A stretch of DNA of 64,000 bases from positions 60,204,001 to 60,268,000 of the forward strand of contig NC_058382.1 in assembly GCF_018350175.1 (NCBI RefSeq). The letters run 5' to 3'. The stretch comes from Felis catus (lineage: Eukaryota). A model generated the notes under the pieces. It was not told the origin of the DNA and ran no database searches. It worked only from the letters and a program-made list of their open reading frames with translations. The translations under genes were made by a program, and so were the position numbers. This document shows positions 49,729-63,282 of this stretch, one piece after another; position 1 is the first letter of the stretch; each line of letters opens with the position of its first letter.

Positions 49729-51339
49729 CAGAGAGCAGTGGCTCGGGCTCACGTGGCAGCCAGCCAAGGGGGTAGGGAGTGGCGGGGGCCGGGAGCACCC
49801 AGAGGGCGGGGCCGGGGTCAGGTGCCCAGGCCTCGGGACTGTGGCGTCCGGGGTTGAACTCCGGCCTTGTTCCTAGGCGGCTCCGTCTCAGCCAAATAAC
49901 AGACGCGATGGTGACAAGTCCACGTGGCTCGGATTCGGCGAGCGGTGGCCGGCCGGCCCCATCCTTACGGCACTCTTCCTCCACATCGAGGGGCATCGCC
50001 GCCTCCTAGTGTCCTCTCGGTGACCCGTGTTGGCCTAGGTTCTGCCAGGGCCCCACTTGGAGCAGGCGGGGACTCATCAGGAACCGGGGAGGGGGGGCGT
50101 GGCTTAATGCCCCAGCTCTGGTCTGCACACACCCCCCGAAATGCCTCCCACATTCCCGCTCTGATGTCACCAGGGGGAGGCTGCAGAGGACGCTCACAAG
50201 GCTCCGCGGGCTCTCTGAGGCGTTCGTGGACGTTGTCCGGGGACACCTGTCAGCCCCCGTGCGCACCTGCTGCTCACACGCACGGGGGTTCTGCGCGTCA
50301 CAGCCAGCCCGGGCCCACGGCCAAGTCCCGGGTCACCCGCCCCCCATGGGTTCCGAGTCCCTCTCCCAGCCCTGGAGGCTCGAGGGGCACCAGCCCGGCC
50401 TGCGGGAGAAGCTCTGTGCTCGTGACCTTGTCCCCAGGGCTTCCCCCGCCTCTGAGCATCCCACAGCCCGGCGGAGTTTGCCAGAGAAAGAGGAGAACTT
50501 TTAGTTATAAAAAGGGTGTTTTCGGAGGAAAAAGGCAGCCGAGAGCGGTGAGTGGCTGGTGAGTGCCCTTGTCTCCGTGGTGGGAGCGTCCCAGCGGGAA
50601 GGCATTCGGGCCTCCAGGCGTGCCAAGAGCAGGTGGGTGTGAGGGGCCGGCTCCGGCCTGCGTGCCACCTGTTGTTCGGGTAAAGGCCCCCTCGCCCCCG
50701 CCTCTCCCCGCGGACCTTCCTTGGTGAGCGGCCCGTCTTCCCGAGGATCCAGCCGGCCCGGACCACCTGCAGGCTTTTGCGGCAAAGCAAGGTCTCATTT
50801 CGGGGCTCCACGGCGCATTTGTTCTGGGGGTGTGGGAAGGGGACGGTGCCCCCAAGCAAGGTGCGGACGGGAGGGACGGCGCACCCCCGCGGGGTCTCGC
50901 AGACCCTCCGCTGCTCTCTCCGGGGGTGGTGAGGAGCACTGAGCTGCCCACCGGGGACGGCAGGGGGCGGGGGGCGGGGGCGGAACGCACGCTTGCTCCC
51001 CACCGGCCAGCAAGCTGTCTGAGCGCACACCTCTGGGTAAGGGGCCTGCGGCAAGGTTCCCGGCGCTGGGGGCCCCAGAGCTTTCTCCCTGGGCGGAGTC
51101 CAAGGTGATGCCCCACGCGGCTCCTAGCGCCCGCCTCCGATGCCCGGGTCGGTCCTGCAACACTTTTCACTCGATGCCTCATCATCCTTCTGTGCAGGCT
51201 TCTCGGGTCCCCGAGACCGAGGACAGCATGGGGGTGGGGCGTCTGTCGGGGACAGCCTGGGGTGGGGGGCGTGGAGGTGCGTGAGGGGCAGCGGTGTGGG
51301 GTTCAGAAGGGCCCATGGTGGGCTTTGAGCCCCAGAGGG

Positions 51340-51678
51340 CTCTATGCCTGGCAGGTTGTCAGTGCCCATTCAGAGGCTCCGGGGAGGGTCCTTCCTGCCT
51401 CTTGCGGCTGCTGGGGGCTCCAGGTGACCCCTGGCTGTGGCTGTTACCCTCCACCCCTGCCTCTGACTTCACGTGGCCTCTCCCCTATACGTTTCTGCGT
51501 CTCCATCTGGCTTTCTCCCGGGGACACCAGTCTCTGGGTGAGGGCCCACCCTAATGGCCTCATCTTGACTTAAACACATCCTGAAAGACCCTGTTTCCGA
51601 ATGAGGCCCCCATTCACAGGTACTGGGGGTGAGGGCTTCCCCGTGTCTTCTGGACGGGCCGCATTCACCCCATAACAA
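51340..51678 (-). mobile_element. MaLR LTR (MLT1B/C-like)
   Basis: gggtccttcctgcctctt…ggacaccagtc…agggcccaccctaatggcctcatcttgact…aaagaccctgtttcc…cattcacaggtactgggggt…attcaccccataaca. Confidence 0.85.
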
Positions 51679-53289
51679 GGACAGATTCTGAAAGTAAGAA
51701 TTTCTTAGGAGGTGCATCATAAGCCCCGTGGAGTGGGTAGAAGTGCCAGGCGCCGTCCCACGAAGCCCTCTGCCCGTTCGGTGATGCCGAGCCCTCTTCC
51801 CACCTCGTGGAAAACTGTCCAGAGCGGGCGCGCGGAGAGGAGACGCTCGGCCTCGAGGTCCTGCAGGGTTTTCCCGCACGGACAAAAGAGACGCTCCCAG
51901 GAAAGGTTGAAAACCTTACTGGCCAGACACGGGCTCGCCCTTCCGCGAGGAAGTCACGCGCGAGGTGCAGGCGGAGGGAGGGCGGTGGGGCGGCCTCCTT
52001 CTGTCCCCGCGGATTTAACTTGGCCTCTCGAAGGCTGAAGGTCGTAGGGGCGTCGGCTGCATTTTTCCCGAGAAGCCTGCAGCTTTTCACTATCATTCCA
52101 GAGACCTGGATCCGGCCCGACACGGAAAACGGAGCGGTTTGCCGTGAAGCTGACGCTAGCAGCCTGACTGCAGGCATCTAGGAAGTTGGCGAGCGGCACC
52201 CCGTGCGTGTGCCAGCCCTGCGCGTATAATGCGAAAAGCAGTGGGGCGCGAGGTGTGGGTGAGGGAGCGGAGACCTACGCGTGTCCCTGGAGCGCCACGG
52301 CTTTCTGTCCTGAGGCATCCTTTCCGGCAGCACACGAACCGCCCCCCCGCCCCCCACCACCCCGGATCGGGGTGCCCGGTGCTTTCTGCGAAGGGAGGAC
52401 GGCTCCGTGCCCGGAAACTCTGTTCCAGGCGGACCGCCCCGCTTTGGCTGCGTTTTCAAAGGGCTTTGTTCTTCAGGGTTCCGTCCGTGTGCAAACGCCA
52501 TGAACAGCAGCGATCCCGACCCTGACGGTGAGCGGAGGGTCACGTCTTCTCCACGGAAGCTGCCCCTTCCCGGGCAGAGGAACCACCCACAGACAGTGCG
52601 GGCCGTGAGCTGTCAGGGAAGCGCTGTCTCCTGAGACGTTTTCTGAGCCGTCGCGAGGAAGAATGATGTGTCTCAGGACACACACAGGCCAGAACAAATG
52701 ATGGGTTTAACATGGATCTGGAAAGAAGTCCTGAAAACCAAGGAAAGTCAGCAGGGACGCCAAGCCTCGGGAATGTTCCGAGAAGGAAGGAGGACTGTGG
52801 CCGAGGAGGGTCCCAGATGGCGGGAGGGCCGCCAGGGATTCGGGGTGAGGGTGGGGCGGCCCAGGGGCGCTGGGTTCCCAGCCGAGGGGCAGGTGCCGTG
52901 CGGGTTAGGGCAGGGCGCGGCCTCACCCCCAGGCTGCAGGTCCAGAAGGAGGCCCCGGGGAGAGACCCCGCGCAGGACGCAGAAGGGCCGTGGACACGGG
53001 GCCTGCCCGCCTCGGCCGTGTGGGCTCTGTGACCGCAGTGTGGTCTGCACCGCGTCGAGCGTGCGAGCGCAGCCGCGGGAGGAGCGCGAAAGCCAGCACC
53101 TCCCTGCGGGAGGGCTCCCGCCGGCCTTGACCTGGGCCTCGGGGGCGGTGTGGGCTGCGGACGTCTGCCGCCCCGAGGAAGGGGCACGGGCGGGGTTGCG
53201 GGTTCCTCCGCGCCCTGCACCTGACTGAGCAGCCATGGGACCAGATGAAGCGGGCCGGGCAGCGGGTAGGGGTGCCCCCCTCCGACATC

Positions 53290-54400
53290 TCACTTAGTTT
53301 CACCTCGAAATACTTCAGGGGTGCGTGTCCCCTCCGTAAGCACAGCTCAACTGTGAGATTGGAAAATTCCACGAGCGCTCGGTCACACTGTCCACAGACC
53401 TTGTTCAGACCCTGCCCAGTGTCCCAGCAGGGTCGCTGATACCGGGGGGGGGGGGGGGGGGGGGGCAGTGGGCGGGCGCAGGCCTGCTGTCTGTGGGATG
53501 CCCCCCAGAGGCCAAGGTGCCGGCCAAGCTCCTCCTCCGTGCGTCCTGTCTGGAGGTGCCTGACGCCGGGGGCCCCCACCCGGTTAGGGTGTCCCCTGGG
53601 CTCCTGCCCTGGGAAGGGGCTGCTTGTCATAGGTTCTGGCACCACCACAACGAAGGACCACAGCCTGGGCCGCTTAAAACTGCAGGCGTCTCTTCCCCCA
53701 CAGTCCTGGAGGCCGGAGGTGTGGCAGGGGCCCCGCCCCCTCTAGGGACCGCGGGGGAGGGTCCTTCCTGCCGGGTCCGGCTCCAGGGGTCCCGGGCATC
53801 CCTGGGCTGTGGCCCCGTCCTCCAGTCTCTGTCCTGGCTTCACGTGGCCTCCCCTCCGGTCTGAAATCCTCCTGTGCCGCCTCAGGTGGATGCATCCGGG
53901 GCCCACGTGTGGCCCCATTCCCAGGCTCTGGGCGTCGGGGCCCACGGTCACCGACCACGGAAGCTACAAGGGTTTCGTGGGGTGCCTTGGGCACGTGTAA
54001 GTGTCCTTCGTCAGACCTCGATAAATGTCACCGTTGCTAAATGATGATTTTCCATTTCTGTCCTTCTCCTCTGCTTATGCATTCGTATCAGTACGGACTC
54101 ATGGGTTTCATTTCGTTTTACGGGTCATAACCCATGGCCATTATTCTGTGTTTTGGCGCTGAAATCGTCCCAGATTTCTGTGTCCTTTGACACATCCGTC
54201 CTTCTTTGACCCAATTCCTCACTTTCGCGTACAAACAGATATCCCGGCTCACCTTGCGCTTCCTCTGCCACAGCCCTGCCGTGTGGCATTTTCCCCCCAA
54301 ATCCTTTTTCCTGGGCACATGGACTTCAGAAACCCAGATCTGGGCTCGGGGCTCTGCTGCCCCTGGCACTCGGCTTGCGTGAGGACAGGTGCTAGGAACA
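53290..54400 (-). mobile_element. L1MC4/5-type 3'UTR fragment, interrupted by an MLT1
   Basis: ttcacctcgaaatacttcag…cagaccttgttcaga; gtacggactcatgg…gtcccagattt…cccggctcaccttg…agaaacccagatctgggc. Confidence 0.7.
53625..53930 (-). mobile_element. MaLR LTR (MLT1B/C-like), nested
   Basis: acaacgaaggaccacagcctggg…cacagtcctggaggccggagg…gggtccttcctgcc…cttcacgtggcct. Confidence 0.75.
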
Positions 54401-54599
54401 CACCTGCATCCACAGCCCCTCCCCGGTGTGGCTCACACGCGTGTGGGAGACCGCGAGTTCACACCCACACCCCCAATCCCAGCGCCTGACCCCAGACCCC
54501 GGGGCCATTCCTGTTCCCTCCCTTCTCCGCCAGGGAGGCGCCTGGCACCCACCGTCCTCGGACTCACTTGCTTGGTCCTGGAGCAGACAAGATAGTTTC

Positions 54600-56020
54600 A
54601 GAAGTGCCCAGCACCCCACCCACCCCACCCCCCCGAGAAAACCAAGGCTATTACCCAGAGTTTGCTATTTCTTACATTTTTTTTGTCTTGAAGAAAATGC
54701 TGTTCAGAATTGACTCCGGTGAGTTCCTGCCTCCCCACACGTTATTCCTTGGAGATACACTTAGGCCCTTTTGTCTCTGCGATCCTGGGGAGCCCCCTCC
54801 CCATGTTTTTCATCTTCGAGTGTGTAAACTGCTGTCACGGCTGCCCCAGACGACACGCGAGCACCCTCGGAGGTCCTGCACCGCTCCCAGCTCGTTGTCC
54901 CTCCCCTGTGCACATACACCGTCTCGTGAGTTTCTGGCTGATTCCTCCTGAGATTCTCTTTGCAAAAATAGTCATGGTCTGGGGCGCCTGGGTGGCTCTG
55001 TCGGTGGAGCGTCCGACTTCGGCTCAGGTCCTGATCTCACGGTTCGTGGGTTCGAGCCCCGCGTCGGGCTCCGTGCCGACGGCTCGGAGTCTGGAGCCTG
55101 CTTCCGATTCTGTGTCTCCCTCGCTCCCTGGCCCTTCCCCGCTCACCCTCTGTCTCTCTCTAAAAACTAAGTAAAGGACCACAAGCTGGACTTGTCGGCC
55201 AAAAAAAGAAAAATCATGCTCTGTTTCCTTGTTTCCCCTTCCTTTCACCCAGAAGACGGCAGACTATGGGTAGTCTTTTGCACTTTTTTTTGGCACTGAG
55301 AGCGCATCCTGGAAGCCGCTCTCTATTTGCTCCCGGAGGACAGCCTTGCTCCTTCTCACAGCCTCGTGGAGCCCCGCGTGGGCGTGTCAGGCTCGTTCAG
55401 CCCCCGCCGTGCCCACAGGCGCTCAGTTTCTTTCCAGTTGCGCCAGATCACCTCGCGCACGCGTGCTCTGGTGCTGTCGTCGGTGCGGCTACGGAGCGCA
55501 TCCTAGCAGGGAGCTTGCCGGAGCGCAGGTGACGGGCCGCGTTCCCTGCACGGGGACCCCGGGGGGTTTGTGTTCCTCCCAGCAAACCTGGGAGGGTCGG
55601 CAGTGACGCTTTTAAATAGCTGCAGCCCGAGAGGTGAGCCCTGATATCACAGGGTAGTTTCAACTTGCACCTCTGTTGTGAGCGACGTTGAACAACGCTA
55701 TGTGGATAGTGGCCATTTTTATGTCTTTTTGGTGAATTATGTCTGCACGTCTTTGCTCACTTTTCTATTGGGTCTGCCCTCCCACCTCAATTTTTAGTAG
55801 TTCCCCCTATAGAAGGATATTATCCCTGTATTTTTTTTTGTATATTTTTGCGTATATATCCCTGTATATTTTGTGTATATTTTTTGTGTATATTTCTGTA
55901 TTTTCCCAGTTTGTCATTTGCCCTTTGAATTTCCTTAGGGTGCATTTTTTAAACCATGGAAATAATGCGCTTTTAAAAGTATTATTACTTTTGTTGAATT
56001 CTTGGCTCATAGAGATTTTT
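54600..56020 (-). mobile_element. Old L1M 3'UTR/ORF2-tail fragments
   Basis: gtagtttcaacttgcac…tggccattttt…tctttgctcacttttctattggg…ttttcccagtttgtcatttg. Confidence 0.6.
54981..55175 (+). mobile_element. Can-SINE (SINEC_Fc-like)
   Basis: ggggcgcctgggtggctc…gttcgagccccgcgtcgggctc…gattctgtgtctccc. Confidence 0.95.
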
Positions 56021-56033
56021 TGTTAAGACTATT

Positions 56034-56254
56034 TTTTTAAATTTTTTTTTTAATGTTTATTTATTTTTGAGACAGAGAGAGACAGAGCATGAATGGGGGA
56101 GGGTCAGAGAGAGAGGGAGACACAGAATCCGAAGCAGGCTCCAGGCTCTGAGCTGTCAGCACAGAGCCTGATGCGGGGCTCAAACTCACGGACCGTGAGA
56201 TCATGACCTGAGCCGAAGTCAGACCCTTAACCGACTGAGCCACCCAGGCGCCCC
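56034..56254 (-). mobile_element. Can-SINE (SINEC_Fc-like, near consensus) with TSD
   Basis: Full body ending gagccacccaggcgcccc; flanked by aagactattttttta / aagactttattttttta. Confidence 0.97.
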
Positions 56255-58984
56255 AAGACTTTATTTTTTTAGAGCACTTTAAGATCCCCCCAGAAAACTA
56301 GAGGGGGCCGTACCAGGATTTCCCATATACCTCCTCCCCCTACACACACAGCCTCCCCCACTCTCAGTGCCCCCACCAGAGTGGCGCGTTCGTTACAAGC
56401 ATGAACCCACCCTGACTCGTGCTGATCACGCGCGGTCCATAGTGACGACCCGAAGATTCACGCGTGGTGTCGTACGTTCTGTGGGTTTGGACAGGTGTAT
56501 GATGAGCGCGTCCACCTGTACAGCGTCACACAGAGTATTTCCTCTGCAGTCTGTCCATTCCTCCTTCTCCAGCCCCTGGCAAGCCCTGATCTTTCTACTG
56601 TCTCCAGAGTTGTGCCTCTTCCAGAATGTCACAGTCGGAATCATACCACATGCACCGGCTTCTCGCACGTCTTCTTAGTAAGACGCATGCGACTTTCCTC
56701 CGTGTCTTTTCATGGCGTGGCAGCTCATTTCGTTGTGGCATGGAGCAAGACCCCGCTGTCTGGATGGACCACAGCGTATTCATCCATCACCTACTGATGG
56801 ATGGCTTGCGAGTTTTGACCATTGGCATTGACTGATGGATGGCATTGCGAGTTTGACTTGGCGGCTTCCGAGTTTTGACCATTAGGAATGAAGCTGCTAG
56901 AAACATCCCTGTGCAGGTGTTTGTGTGGCTGTAGTCTTCTGTGCCTTTGGATGAATGACCAAGGGGTGACGCTGCCGGATCTCATGGCAAGAGTACGTTT
57001 AGCTTTGTAAGAGATCACCCAGTTCTTCCAGAGTGGCTGCCCCATTTTGCGTTAACGAGAGCCCCCAGTGTTGTGGATTTGGGCCGTGCCGATGGGTGTG
57101 TGGTGGTGTTCCCGTTGTTGTTTGAATTCGTACCAACACGTCGCTGAGTGCTGTAGCTGCACGTTGCGTTGTGAGTCTAGCAGTGTCGTAGTAGCCCTTG
57201 ACTTTGTTTGTCCCGTTCAGTATTGACTTGGCTATTCTGGTCTTTCACCTCTCCGTGTAAACTTTAGAATCAGTGTGTCCGTATCCACAAAATAACTTGC
57301 TGGGATATTGATTGGCACTACTTTCAATCCATAGATCAACTTGGAAAGAGCTAACGTCTTGACGGTACTGAGGTCTTCCTATCCATGAACATGGAATATC
57401 TAAATGGTATAACTGTTATTAGTTCTTTGATTGTGTTCCTCAGAGTTTTGCGGTTTTCCTCATGTGGATCTTGTACATATTTTGTTAGAGGGGCGCCTGG
57501 GTGGCTCAGTCGGTTAAGCATCCAACTTCGGCTCAGGGCATGATCTCACAGTTCATGAGTTCGAGCCCCAAGTCAGGCTCTTTGCTGACAGCTCGGAGCC
57601 TGGAGCCTGCTTCAGATTCTGTGTCTCCCTCTCTCTCTGCCCCTCCCCTCTCCCGTGTTCGTGCACATGTGCTCTCTCTCTCTCTCAAAAATAAACATTA
57701 ACAAAAATTTTTTTAAAAGAATCATACCTAACTTTTTTATTTTGAGATGCTAATGCAAATGGTATTTTTTTTTATTTCAGATTCCACTTTTTCAGTGCAA
57801 TTGACTCTTGTGTATTAACCTTGTATCCCTCAACGTTGTTGTGATCACTTATTAGTTCCAGGAGGGATTTTTTTTTTTCTATCAGTTCTTTCAGATTTTC
57901 TACATAAACAATCATGTCATCTGTGAACGGTTTTATTTCTTCCTTCCCAGTCTGTATACCTTTTCTTGTCTCGTCGAATTAACGAGAACTTCCAGTGTGA
58001 TGTCAAAAAGGCGTGCCAAGAGAGGACATTTTTGTACTTGATCTTAGTGGGAAGGTTTCTAGTACAATGTTAGTTGTAAGCTTTTGCAGATAGTCGAAAA
58101 AAATCCTTCTATTCTTACTTTACTGCGAGTTTTATCATGAATAGGTGTTGGGTTTTGTGAAAGGTGTTTTCTGCATCTATTAATATAATATGTTCTTCTT
58201 AGTGTATTGATGTGACTGATACTTTCATTAATTTCTAATTTTGAATCAGTCTTGCATATCTTGGGTAAATCCCACTTGGTCATGGTGTATAATTCTTTTA
58301 TACATTGCTGGATTCAATTCGTTAATATTTTATTGAGGATTTTTGCATCTGTCTTCATGAGAGATAACGGTAATGTCGTTGGTTTTGGTATCACGGTAAT
58401 GCCGGCCGCATAGAATGGGTTAGGAAGTGTTTTCTCTGAAAGAGATTATAGAGGATAATTTTTTTCCTTAAATATTTGGTAGAATTCACCAGTGAGCCCC
58501 TCTGGGCTTGGTGCCTTCTGGTTTTTAAGGTTATTAATTATTGATTCAATTTTCTAAATAAGTGAAACCTATTCAGATTGTCTATTTCTTCTGTGAGTTT
58601 TGGCAGATTATGTCTTTCAAGGAACTTGTCCATCTTGTCTAGGTCACCAAGTTTGTAATCACAGAGTTCTTCAGAGTATTCCTTCATTACGCTTTTAATT
58701 CCGTGGGATCTGCAGTGATTCATTTCTTTTTTAATAGTTTTATGATTCATTTCTGATATTAGTAATTCATGCCCTCTCATCTTAGCCCAAGGCTCCCTGA
58801 TTTTATTGATCTTTTCAAAGAACCAGCTTGTGGTTTGTCGGGTTTCTCTATTGACTTCCTGTTGTCAGTTTCATTGACCTTCTGCTCTAATTCTGACCCT
58901 TTTCTCTGCTCATTTCCTATTTGATTCGCCCTTATTTTTTTTTCTGGTTTCCTGAGATGGAAACATAAAGTACTGATTTTAGCT

Positions 58985-59016
<32 letters not shown>

Positions 59017-59260
59017 TGCAGTCAATGCCATAAACCTTCCTCTAAGCACTGCTTGCTTTTGGTGCATTCCACAGATTTTAGTAAGTTGTATTTTTATTTT
59101 CTTTTAGTTCAAAATATTTTTAAATTTCTCTTGAGATTTCTCCCTTGACCCGTTTGTTATTTAGACGTGTGTTGTTTAATTTCCACATAGTTTGGGATTT
59201 TCAACTTATCTCTCTGTTACTGATTTTTGGTTCAGTTTTCTTGTGGTTTGTGTTCTTTAA
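56255..59260 (-). mobile_element. L1MC1-like LINE: 3'UTR plus decayed ORF2
   Basis: L1MC-type 3'UTR (ttcccatatacc…ccaccagagtgg…gttctgtgggtttggaca); ORF2 peptides KEYSEELCDYKLGDLDKMDKFLERHNLPKL…EEIDNLNR and AVLRGRFMAL. Confidence 0.9.
57490..57720 (+). mobile_element. Can-SINE inserted in L1
   Basis: ggggcgcctgggtggctcagtcggttaagc…(CT)n aaaaataaacatt. Confidence 0.96.
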
Positions 59261-60202
59261 AAAATCAAGTATCTCAAATGTAACTAATATGCCATTTAGC
59301 TCTTGGACACCGTGATAGTTCTTCTGGTGTGCATGGGTTTTTGAGGTGGGTCTGTTTTACCTGGCAGTTCATACCGTGAAACAGATGCAGGCAGAATTCA
59401 GGCGTCAGATAAGGATTTGGGCAGAGTTTACACACAGCATTTTGGTGCCTCCCCCTCCTCTCTGTTTTGGTGTTTTCCTGGATTTCTCCCATCGCTTTCC
59501 AGCTCTGCGATCTCTGTAAATGTTGCCCTTTGCTTTTCAACCCAGTGAGATGGTGCGCCTTCTACTAGCATGTCAGCCATCGGCGTGGTGCTGACCGGGT
59601 CTTGCCATCAGGCAAAAACATCATAAAATGGGACTCACCCAGCGTCACCCCCTTCATCCACGTGCAGACAAACTTCTGTCCTCTGCCACTGGCCTGTCCT
59701 CCCCACTTCCTTCAGGGGCCGTGTTTCCTCCGTTGTCTGGTGTTGGCGGCTGTGTGGGGAAGAGAGAATCTTACAGAGGCTCATTCTCTGATACGGGATT
59801 TCAGTCGTCTTTGTACAGGGGTTGGGGCTCGTCCTCTTTACTTACTGAGCCTTTTCAGGTTGTTTGGTGCTTTTGCCCAGAGGACCTGGGAACTTTATCT
59901 TTAACTTTGATAGCTTCACTGAGGTACGGCGGAGCCGGAACTCCAAGGGGAATTTTCCAGGGGCCCGGTGGCTCTGGGCACGTAGAGTCAGACCGTCTAC
60001 CTCCGCAGTGTATACGTGCTGGCTCTTCCCGCCTTCTCTTCCAATCTCTTTTTCTCTGACGCTTTTTGCTTTTTGACTTTATCTCATTTCCTTTCTCTTG
60101 GTCCATTTTTCTTCTCTCCTTCAATGGTATCATTAAATTTTACTCAACTCTGCTCCTGTTTGGGCATGTTTAATGAAGTCTTCATTGCATATGTGACTTT
60201 GT

Positions 60203-60204
60203 CT

Positions 60205-60246
<42 letters not shown>
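60203..60246. repeat. (TTTC)n microsatellite
   Basis: Directly visible. Confidence 0.95.
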
Positions 60247-60247
<1 letters not shown>

Positions 60248-60582
60248 GTCCATATTTACTTCATTTCTTCCTGGATGCGTGTGTCTCTGTGTGTGTGTGT
60301 CCGTGTTTGTTCTTAGTCTTGGAATTTACAGCTCAAAGCGATTGTCATACACTCAAGTGCTTGTTTGAGAATATTTAGTCTCCTTTGGAGTGTCACGTTA
60401 CTGTTTTCTTCTGTTCTGTTTTGGTTGGAGGGGATGGTAAGTTTTTCCACCTGAAATGTTTTGATCCCCATGCTCTGTTTCCTTTTTATAACAGCTTTTA
60501 CCTTTTTCTAAAAAATTGCTAAACAGTGTCCCCAAATCTCTGTTCTTCACATCCACACACATCCACACATGTGCATGCACAC

Positions 60583-60586
<4 letters not shown>

Positions 60587-60636
<50 letters not shown>
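60587..60636. repeat. (GA)n microsatellite, about 25 units
   Basis: Directly visible. Confidence 0.97.
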
Positions 60637-60638
<2 letters not shown>

Positions 60639-61639
60639 TGCTTATGATGGCTCTGAAAGTACCTGAGCCAGGGTGAGAAGGGAAAATCTAGAAGTTTGGA
60701 CTTCTAGCCTGTTTTTTTCTCTCCCTTAAGAGGTGTTAAATTCTTCATCATCTAGGTGAAGAATTCTATCTGCATTTTATGGACATGGTGCTTAAGTTGG
60801 GGCAGCTTATGAGATTCAGAATTGCCCTTGTTTTAGGATAGCACAGAGCCTCTGGGTGCACACGGACAGGGTGTGTGCTCTCCTGGGCTGTCTGGCTGTG
60901 AGACCCAAAATTTCCCTACAGATCTTCCCCACCGCCTTGCCATCTCGGAAGGGCAGCTCTCCCTCTCCCCCCTGAAGAATTGCCTTTCTGAGGCTGCGTC
61001 CTCAAACCCTGCATGCATTTCTGAGGTCCTTTCCTGTGGCCGCTGCTGCGGGTTCTCAGAACTCTCTGCCACTTTCCCAGTTGTGACGGGCTGCCTCTTC
61101 CTGGAGGTGCTTCTGGCTCGGTCCTCTTCTGTTTCCCAAACTCATGCCGCTCCCCACCCAGCTTTCTGAGGTGGGAACGCAAGAAACAGCTCTGAAATTA
61201 GTGCTTATTTTTCTGTCCACAGGATAATTGTAAGTTTTTAGTGTTCGTTGTCACGTGGATGTGCTGACAGCGTGGAACTTGCGTGGGCCTTGCTCCCCTT
61301 CCGCTGCGTGAGTTTTCGAGGGTGTTTGGAAAGATCCAGATTTAGGTGGCCGCCAGGAAGCCCCAGCCCCTGCCCCACATCTTTTTGATAGGAAACTGTT
61401 CGTATCTTGAAACGCGTAACCTTGGGACTGAGGTTACCTTCAACTAAAAAGAGCAAAGAATTTGGAAGTAAGTCCAAGGGGCTGTGTGTCCACGCAAAGC
61501 CCGCCTGCTCCTTAAAGAGGCTGTGTTCCCTCCAAAGGATTCCTCGGTCAGCGCCTGACAAGGGCCAGCCGGGCTCCCCGCGCTGCCCCGTCTGTGGTTG
61601 GCTCGAAGCAGAGATTTCTGACAAAGAGGACGCGCTCCG

Positions 61640-63280
61640 CGAAGGCGCGATTCACTTTCTGCTTGGCCTTTTGAGAAGCTAGAGTTTCCAGGTGAGAGGA
61701 ACCAGGGCCGCTCCTGGTGTCCCGAAAGAGCCGTGTTAACATCCCCACCGCGACTGTGGATCTTTCCGCCCCTGCCTTTAGTTCTGTTGGCTTTTTAGTG
61801 AACAAACACAAACTTCGGATTCTAATATTTTTCTGGCGGATTCGCCGTTTTATCACGAGGAGAGATGTCCCTCTGTGCCTCCGGTAACGCTTCCCTCCCG
61901 AAGGCTTCGCTTCCGTCGCGTTGGTAGAGCTACGCCAGCTTTCTTCCGGTTCCCGTTTGAGTGGTTTTCCATTCCGTGTGCTTATCTTTCAGCCTTTCTG
62001 CCTTATAATGAAGGTTTGTCTGTTGTGATCAGCACAGGAGACGGTGAATTACCGAGATGTTTGGATTTATACCGGCCATACTTTTTGCGATTTGACTTAT
62101 CTCTTTTATAAGCTCTTTTCTCTCGTGTCTTGCCTTTTGTGGATCAATAAACATTCTAGATATTTCACAGTTTCCCTGTATTAACTTTTACTGGTCCTTT
62201 CGTGGTTACTCTAGAGGCACATTAATCTGTAACAATCTAAGACACTTAGCCACTCCCCATTCATGCTGGAAACGTGGAATAAGTTAACTCTCTTCAGACC
62301 CAGCCGCTCCTTGTGTTTTGTGACCATGCTTTCTAATGCCCCACGTATTTTGGACCCCACGACTCATCCTCATCGCGGGTTCCTGCGGCCGGCGCTCAGG
62401 AAGCGTTCGTTCGCATGTGTCCACGTATCCGCCCTTGCTGTTGCTCCCTTGTTCCTCCCTGAAATTCCACGTTGTCCTCTGGGGTCATTTTCTTTTTGTC
62501 GGAAGAACCTTTAGGACTTCCTTTGGAACAGCTTTTCTGGCAGGAAAGCCGCTCGGTTTTTACTTGCCCGACGTGTCTCCATTACACCGTTATCGTGAGA
62601 GGGTGACGTAAGCGGGCTAGCGCTGCTGCTTCGGCATTCTCAGAGACGGGACCTTATTGTCTCTGGACCCGCCCGCGTCTCTGCCGAGGGGTTGGTGGTC
62701 AGTCTCGTTACCGTTCCTTTGAAGGCGAGGAGTCTTTTCTCGCCGCCTCTATGATTTGTCTTTGGTCTTAAGACGTCTTAATACGATGTGCTTTCAGCGT
62801 GGCTGTCTTCATATTTGTCACGCTTCTGATGCTGCGGGTTTCAGGGGTTGGTTTCTTTTATTATCTTTTCAAGTATTACTTCTTTATCATTCTTGATCTC
62901 TTCTCCCAAGACTCCGGTTACCGCACGTTTAACCTCTTAACCATGTCCCCTCTGTCTCCGACGTTGTTGTCGTGAATTGTTTCCTCCTGCTTCAACGTGG
63001 TTAGATTCTATCAGCCTGTTTTCCACTTTACCAATTCTGTCTTCGGCTCTGTCTAACCTGTGCTCGTCCTCTTCAGATAGCGTATTTTCCCCCCTCGGTT
63101 CTAGAATGCCCTCTGCTGAGTTTCTCCATCTTTCCCTCCCTTTTCTTAAATTTACTCAGCATGGTACTTTTTAAAGTCTGCCTTTTAAATCTGATATCTG
63201 GATCACTTCTGGGCCTGTTTCTAAGATCTGTGTTTTCTCTTGGCTTTTGGACATGTGGTCCTGTCTTCTGTCACAACAAG
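61640..63280 (-). mobile_element. Ancient L1ME endonuclease/ORF1 remnant
   Basis: gtgttaacatcccc…gactgtggat…ttagttctgt…agctacgccagctttctt; gttcctttgaagg…cttttcaagtatt…ttctgtcttcggctctgtctaacctg. Confidence 0.65.
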
Positions 63281-63282
63281 TA

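Larger units (their letters stand above)
59860..61360 (-). mobile_element. HAL1/L1 ORF1-type ancient LINE remnant
   Basis: ctttatctttaac…cttcactgagg…aattttccagg; T-rich decayed ORF1-like sequence ending …ggtggccgccaggaag. Confidence 0.5.

Noticed and set aside
58059..59067. ORFs with RT-like peptides as a functional gene
   Set aside because: Fragmented, frameshifted L1 ORF2 remnants
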